Shown here one piece after another: positions 58,329 through 64,000 of a DNA stretch of 64,000 nucleotides. The notes under the pieces were generated by a model. It saw nothing but the letters and a program-made list of their open reading frames with translations, was not told where the DNA came from and ran no database searches. Position numbers and translations under genes: made by a program. This DNA comes from Balanoglossus misakiensis. Lineage: Eukaryota > Animalia > Hemichordata. The DNA lies in the NCBI GenBank assembly GCA_040954595.2, contig CM082595.2:8166317-8230316 (forward strand), given 5' to 3'. Each line of letters begins with the position of its first letter. Positions within the stretch are counted from its first letter, which is position 1.

Positions 58329-61300
58329 TGTTATGGTAATGTTATTTACTAAGTATGTGTGTTTGCTGTTCGTTGTCTATTATTATTGATCGCTATTAAA
58401 CGGTTGCAGTTCATTGCACGTCAAGTTGGTCTGTCTTTATTGCCGTGGTGGCAGCGGTTTTCGAGTCCACGACCGCTAAGAAGCCTTCAACAAAGAGAAG
58501 ACTATATGGACCAAATACCCATGCAGGCTATTTAAATGCAACCAAGCTGAGCTGTTGAAAAGTTCACCGACGTACGTTACAGTAGGAAAAACATTCGTCA
58601 CAGGCACCATCTCAGGTACCTATTTATAGCCTTGTTGCAGTACTTACGTAACTATCGACATCAAGTTCTATTGTTCCTTGTGTAATTTATGCACAATGGC
58701 CACTGCTCGTGCACCGAAACAATGGCAACTCACGAAGTGCGAGACCATAAACTCCTTCGAAAATTGGAAACAAAACTTGATATACATCTTGTCACTGGAC
58801 CCGAATTTTCGAGTATTTTTGAGAGACGGATTTACTTGGCACAAGAAAACCTCAGCCAATCCTAATAGCAAATAGCAAATTATTGTTCGATTATCTCAAG
58901 GAACTCTATTATAAAGCAGTCGACGTCATTAAATGACATATGGCAGAAAATTCGTCAACATTATGGCTTCCAATCAACAGGAGCGCACTCTCTCGATTTG
59001 AGTAGCATTCGCTTACAACCCGACGAAAAGCCGGAAGATCTTTATCAACGCATCGTCGCATTCTATGACGATAATCTCCTGACCAGAGAAGGTGGCATCA
59101 CTCACCACGGTGAAGTTATTACTGCAGATGAAGATGTTACACCAACTTTAGAAAATACTATTGTCTTTCTTTGGCTGCAGTTGGTCAACCCTGGCTTACC
59201 TCAACTGGTCAAACAAAAATACGGATCTGACTTACGCAATAAATCGCTCGCTTCACTTAAACCGGAAATCTCTCAGGCAATGCCATCACTTTTAGATGAG
59301 TTGCATAGCATAGAGGACAGCAAAGTTATGCGTACCGGCATTTTTAATGCATATAAGCCACAGCCATATAAGCCGTTTTCGCGTACAAACCGGCCATTTC
59401 CACGTCGTAGACAGCCTGTAAAATCATGTATCTTATGTAGAACTGCAGGTAGACAAAATTTCACGTCACACTCCCTCGTCGACTGCAGATTTCTACCAGA
59501 TGAAGATAGAGCGAACTTCAGTCGCTCCCGTTATGTTCAGAATGATGATGCAGAGATTGATTATTACAATCCCTCCGATACAGTTGATTACGAATCCAGA
59601 CCAGACGAGAATCCTGTAAATGCCCTCATCGATGAACCACATGTCATGCGTGTCAATATAATTCAGTCGCCCTTTCTCAACACATTCTACCAGCATTATC
59701 CTGTGAAGGTACCTCTTGATACAGGTGCAACTACAAATATGATCAAGTCTGCTTTTGCTAGATCTATTGGTCTACCTATAACCCCTGCTTCACAGATGGC
59801 CCGCCAGGCTGACGGGATTACGCCAATGGATGTCATTGGAGAAGTTCACTGCCAATTGTCATGAGGAAGTTATACCTTTACTTTAGATGCTTTGGTGGTG
59901 GAAAACCTTGATGTTGATGTCTTGGCTGGGAATCCCTTTCATGTCAGTAATGATATCGCTACACGCCCTGCTAAGAGGCAGATCGTTATCAAAGGGTCAG
60001 ATATTATTTATTATGGCCAGCAACAACACCACACTGCTTCGATCCGCCGTACACAAGCCTATTTAATCCGTTGTCCATCAAAACGTACTCTACTTCCAGG
60101 GGAATTTATCGAACTTGAAACACCCCCCTCCTGTAACCCAGATTCATTATTAGCTCTGGAACCCCGTTACGACAATCCTCTGAATCAATCAATAAAAGCT
60201 ACATCTGCTTGGCCTCAACCCCAGGAAATACAATCTGTCGACCATACATTACGTATTATAAACTCGACATCAGAACCTATCCTACTTAAACGCCATGATC
60301 ACCTCTGTCAAGTACGACTACTATCTCCTGCTCCTTTGTCTGACGCAGGTAAAAGTACCCAGTCCACTACTTCTGCTTTGCCAAGTACCGGTGTACGTGA
60401 ACCATTCTCATCTGGAATATCCCTTGACCCAGACAATCAACTTACACGCTCCATTAAGGATGAATTTATCAAATTGCATCAACAATATGATGATGTCTTC
60501 AATCCGACAATATCTAAATATAATGGAGCTAGTGGGCGTATTGAAGCCACCGTCAATATGGGCCCGGTATTACCTCCACAAAGGAAAGGTCGGCTCCCTC
60601 ATTACAACCGAGAAACATTAATTACACTACAGGACAAGTTTGATGAGCTAGAAGCCGTTGGGGTTTTCGCCAAACCAGAAGATGTAAACACAACAGTGGA
60701 ATATCTAAATCTGTCCTTTCTAGTAAAGAAACCAAATGGAGGAAACCGCTTGGTCACATCATTTGGTGAAGTTGGTCAGTATAGTAAACCACAGCCATCA
60801 CTTATGTCTAATGTGGACAATGTCCTACGCGATGTAGCAAGATGGAACTATGTCATCAAAACTGACCTCAACCAAGCTTATTATCAGATTCCCCTAGCAG
60901 CAAAATCCATGAAATATTGTGGAGTAGCAACCCCATTTAAGGGCATACGAGTTTATACACGTTCTGCAATGGGGATGCCTGGGTCCGAAACGTGCTTGGA
61001 AGAACTGATGAGTAGAGTGCTTGGACGTCTAATACAAGAAGGATGCGTCACTAAAATAGCTGATGATTTGTACGTTGGCGGTAGCACTCAGCAAGAGACT
61101 CTGCAAAACTTGAAGAGAACACTTTCTTGCTTGCAAGCAAACAACTTACGTGTGTCAGCCAGGAAGACAGTGATATGTCCAAAATCTACTACCATCCTTG
61201 GTTGGATATGGGCTAACGGAACTTTGAAGGCTAGCCCGCATAGAATAGCAGCATTAGCATCTGTATATCCGCCAGCTACTGTCCAAGGTCTACGGTCCTT

Positions 61301-62945
61301 CGTAGGAGCCTACAAAGCTTTAAGCCGTGTACTCAAAGGCTATGCGGATTTGTTAGACCCATTGGACAGAGCTACAGCAGGTAGACAGTCTCAAGAGAAA
61401 GCATCCTGGTCAGATGACCTTCTACAGTCTTTCAGAGCATCACAGGAAGCATTGAAAAATAACAAAACCATCACTGTTCCACACCCAGATGACCAGTTAT
61501 GGATCGTTACTGATGGCTCTGTAAAAGAAAGGGGGATAGCAGCTACTCTATATTCGTGTCGAGGTAACAAATTGCGCCTGTCCGGCTTTTTCAGTGCAAA
61601 ACTGAGAAAACACCAAATCACATGGTTACCTTGTGAAATTGAAGCTCTTTGCATCGGAGCAGCATTCAAGCACTTTGCGCCATATATTCTTCAATCAAAG
61701 CACGCAACGCAGCTCCTGACAGACAGCAGGCCATGTGTACAGGCATATGAAAAACTAAAACGAGGCGAGTTCTCGACCAGTTCACGGGTATCTACTTTCC
61801 TATCGATTGTTAGCCGCTACCTTATCAATGTACAACATATAGCAGGTGTAGCTAATATTCCAACAGATTACGCAAGCCGTCATCCTGCCGAATGTACTGA
61901 CAAGAGCTGTCAAGTTTGCAAGTTCATTGTCGATATGGAAGAGTCCGTTATCCGCTCTATTTCCATCTCAGATGTGATTGAGGGGACAGCAAAGATGTCC
62001 TTTACGAATCGCGCAGCTTGGAGAGCCGTTCAACTTGAATGCCCAGATCTGCGGCGCACCCATTCTCATTTGGCGCAAGGTACCCGGCCATCTAAGAAGT
62101 TGGTTAAAATACAAGATGTCAAACGGTATCTGCGCGATGTTACCATTGCCAACGATGGTCTCTTAGTAGTGACTGATAATCAGCCATTTCAACCTACCAG
62201 AGAACGTATAGTAGTGCCTAGAAGTGTCATCGATGGATTACTCACTGCTATTCATATACGTTTCCATCATCCCACTAAACACCAGATGAAACGCCTCCTT
62301 CAAAGATACTTCTACGCACTCGATATGGACAAGGCCATCGAAAACACTTGTCTTACTTGCCACCATTGTCTCTCACTAAAATCTGTGCCCACAAGTCTGA
62401 TCCCACAGTCCACTTCACCTCCCCAACACCAGATTGGGCGGTCGTATGCTGCAGACATCATGCGAAGATACAGACAATGTGTTTTTGTACTTCGTGAAAC
62501 CGCATCATCATTTACCATGACAACACTTATTGACAATGAGCGCCATGATACAATAAGAGATGCTATCATATCCCTTTGTGCTGGCATTCGGCCACTTGGA
62601 GATGATGAAATAACGATCCGTATCGACTCAGGTCCTGGATTAATCGCTCTTACCAAAGACCCTCTTTTGAGAAAACTACATATCAAGCTGGACATTGGCG
62701 AGGTGAAGAATGTAAATAAAAACCCAGTAGCTGAAAATGCAATGAAGGAATTAGGCCTTGAATGCCTGAACATCAATCCAGATGGGGGTCCCCTGACTAG
62801 TGTCACGTTGGCACTAGCAACGGCAAGCATGAATGCTAGGATTAGACGTGATGGATTATCCGCTAGAGAAATATGGACTCAACGAGACCAGATCACTGGC
62901 GAACAACTTCCCCTGGATGACAGACAAATTATCCTATATTTAAAA
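58329..62945 (+). mobile_element. Divergent Gypsy-like LTR retrotransposon with IADD RT motif; 3' end replaced by other sequence
   Basis: Short LTR starting TGTTATGG at 58329; PBS TGGTGGCAGCGGT (tRNA-Leu) at 58446-58458; single gag-pol frame. Confidence 0.88.
58696..62945 (+). pseudogene. gag-pol polyprotein remnant (Gag, protease LDTGA, RT KIADDL, RNase H TDGS/PCEIE, integrase HHCC + DDE)
   Basis: ORFs 58998-59864 and 59892-62990 are in one frame, separated by a single TGA. There is a deletion or frameshift near 58870. Confidence 0.88.
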
Positions 62946-63566
62946 CCGCATCACACCGCGATAATTAATCCGCATATGCTAATGAGCTAATGAATATTCA
63001 TTAGGACCATATATATAGTACGTTCGGTACCTAGAGCACACTTCCCACACTTCAACCACGAGAGCAGGTGCAGCGGCAAAGGAGAGCATGGCATCCAATG
63101 GTACTGATCAGCCCGCCCAGCCAGAAGCCACAATAACTCAGGTTGCAACCACCGTGACGCCAAATGTAGCTGCGGCAGCGTTTGTTGCAGCGCATCGGCC
63201 TTCTACTTCCCAAGGTAACATTGAAGCCCATGGTGAATCGCAGACAGCAACCCAGCAAACGCCCACTACCGCAGGTACAGGTGCAAGACCCAGAAGAGGA
63301 AACCGCGACGGCCTAGACCGTGTGCAAGGGAATGTAGAAAATGCTGCAGTAGCCGGAGAAACGGAGGTAAATAGTTTTGTGTTTCTTGTTTTTTCTCTGT
63401 CGTCGTGTTGTGATTTTTTGTTTTATATGTGTATCCAGCTGTGCGTTCGTCATTTTTTATTCATTTCATAGTTTTCCGCATGTGCACTGAGACGCCGAGT
63501 GTCTGTTGCCTTCTTGATTCATTCATTGCGTAACTTTCTGACACCTGTTGCACCCGTTTCCATGTG

Positions 63567-63765
63567 CATTGCTCATTTCATTTGGTCGTGCTATCACTTC
63601 ATTGTTCATTTCACCGCTTTGTGTTTTCATGTCCATTCAGCCGTACATTGTTCATTTCACCCGGTTGTGCTATCACTACATTGTTCATTTCATCGCTTTG
63701 TGTTTTCATGTCCATTCAGCCGTACATTGTTCATTTCATCCGGTCGTGCTATCACTACGTTCATC
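63567..63765. repeat. 79-bp tandem repeat, about 2.5 copies
   Basis: GTGCTATCAC at 63588, 63667 and 63746. Confidence 0.88.
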
Positions 63766-64000
63766 TGTTAGTGGTTTCACGTACATTGCTTATTTCATCT
63801 CGTGTTTTACATGCGTTTTTGCGTGCATGTCTTCATTGCCTCCATTCATTCCCGTTGTGACGCAAGGTGTGCTTTCATTGCTTCATTTCATCCCCGTGAT
63901 GTCGGGCGTGTGTTTTTATTGTTACATTTCACCTAGGCCATTGTTCGCGCTTGTCACCCACGGCATGATGTAGACTGACGTAGCATGAACATCTATGGCC

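Overview
Eukaryotic, repeat-dense window, probably from a marine invertebrate (inferred from the spliceosomal introns and the transposon repertoire). It has no prokaryotic genes and no CRISPR array. From 5' to 3': (1) a 30-bp minisatellite with higher-order periodicity (1-3387). (2) A ~530-bp tandem repeat in five blocks of both orientations, carrying a Pol III A-box/B-box/oligo-T-like motif. Two copies of one Tx1/L1-clade LINE join it at the same 3' position. (3) A minus-strand ankyrin gene built from one-repeat-per-exon, phase-0 cassettes with near-identical introns but variable binding-face codons, truncated at a rearrangement junction. (4) The 3' exons of a small S/T-rich transmembrane gene disrupted by a 57-bp LINE tail. 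(5) A decayed DIRS-type element. (6) A full-length Tx1 LINE (27310-46503) holding a nested Tc1/mariner > IS3EU-like > Kolobok-like stack and an intact Gypsy element whose 3' LTR is followed by a second PBS and leader. (7) A BEL/Pao element interrupted by a BEN-domain-carrying CACTA element and by a divergent IADD-type LTR retrotransposon. All calls come from reading the sequence by eye; no database searches were run.
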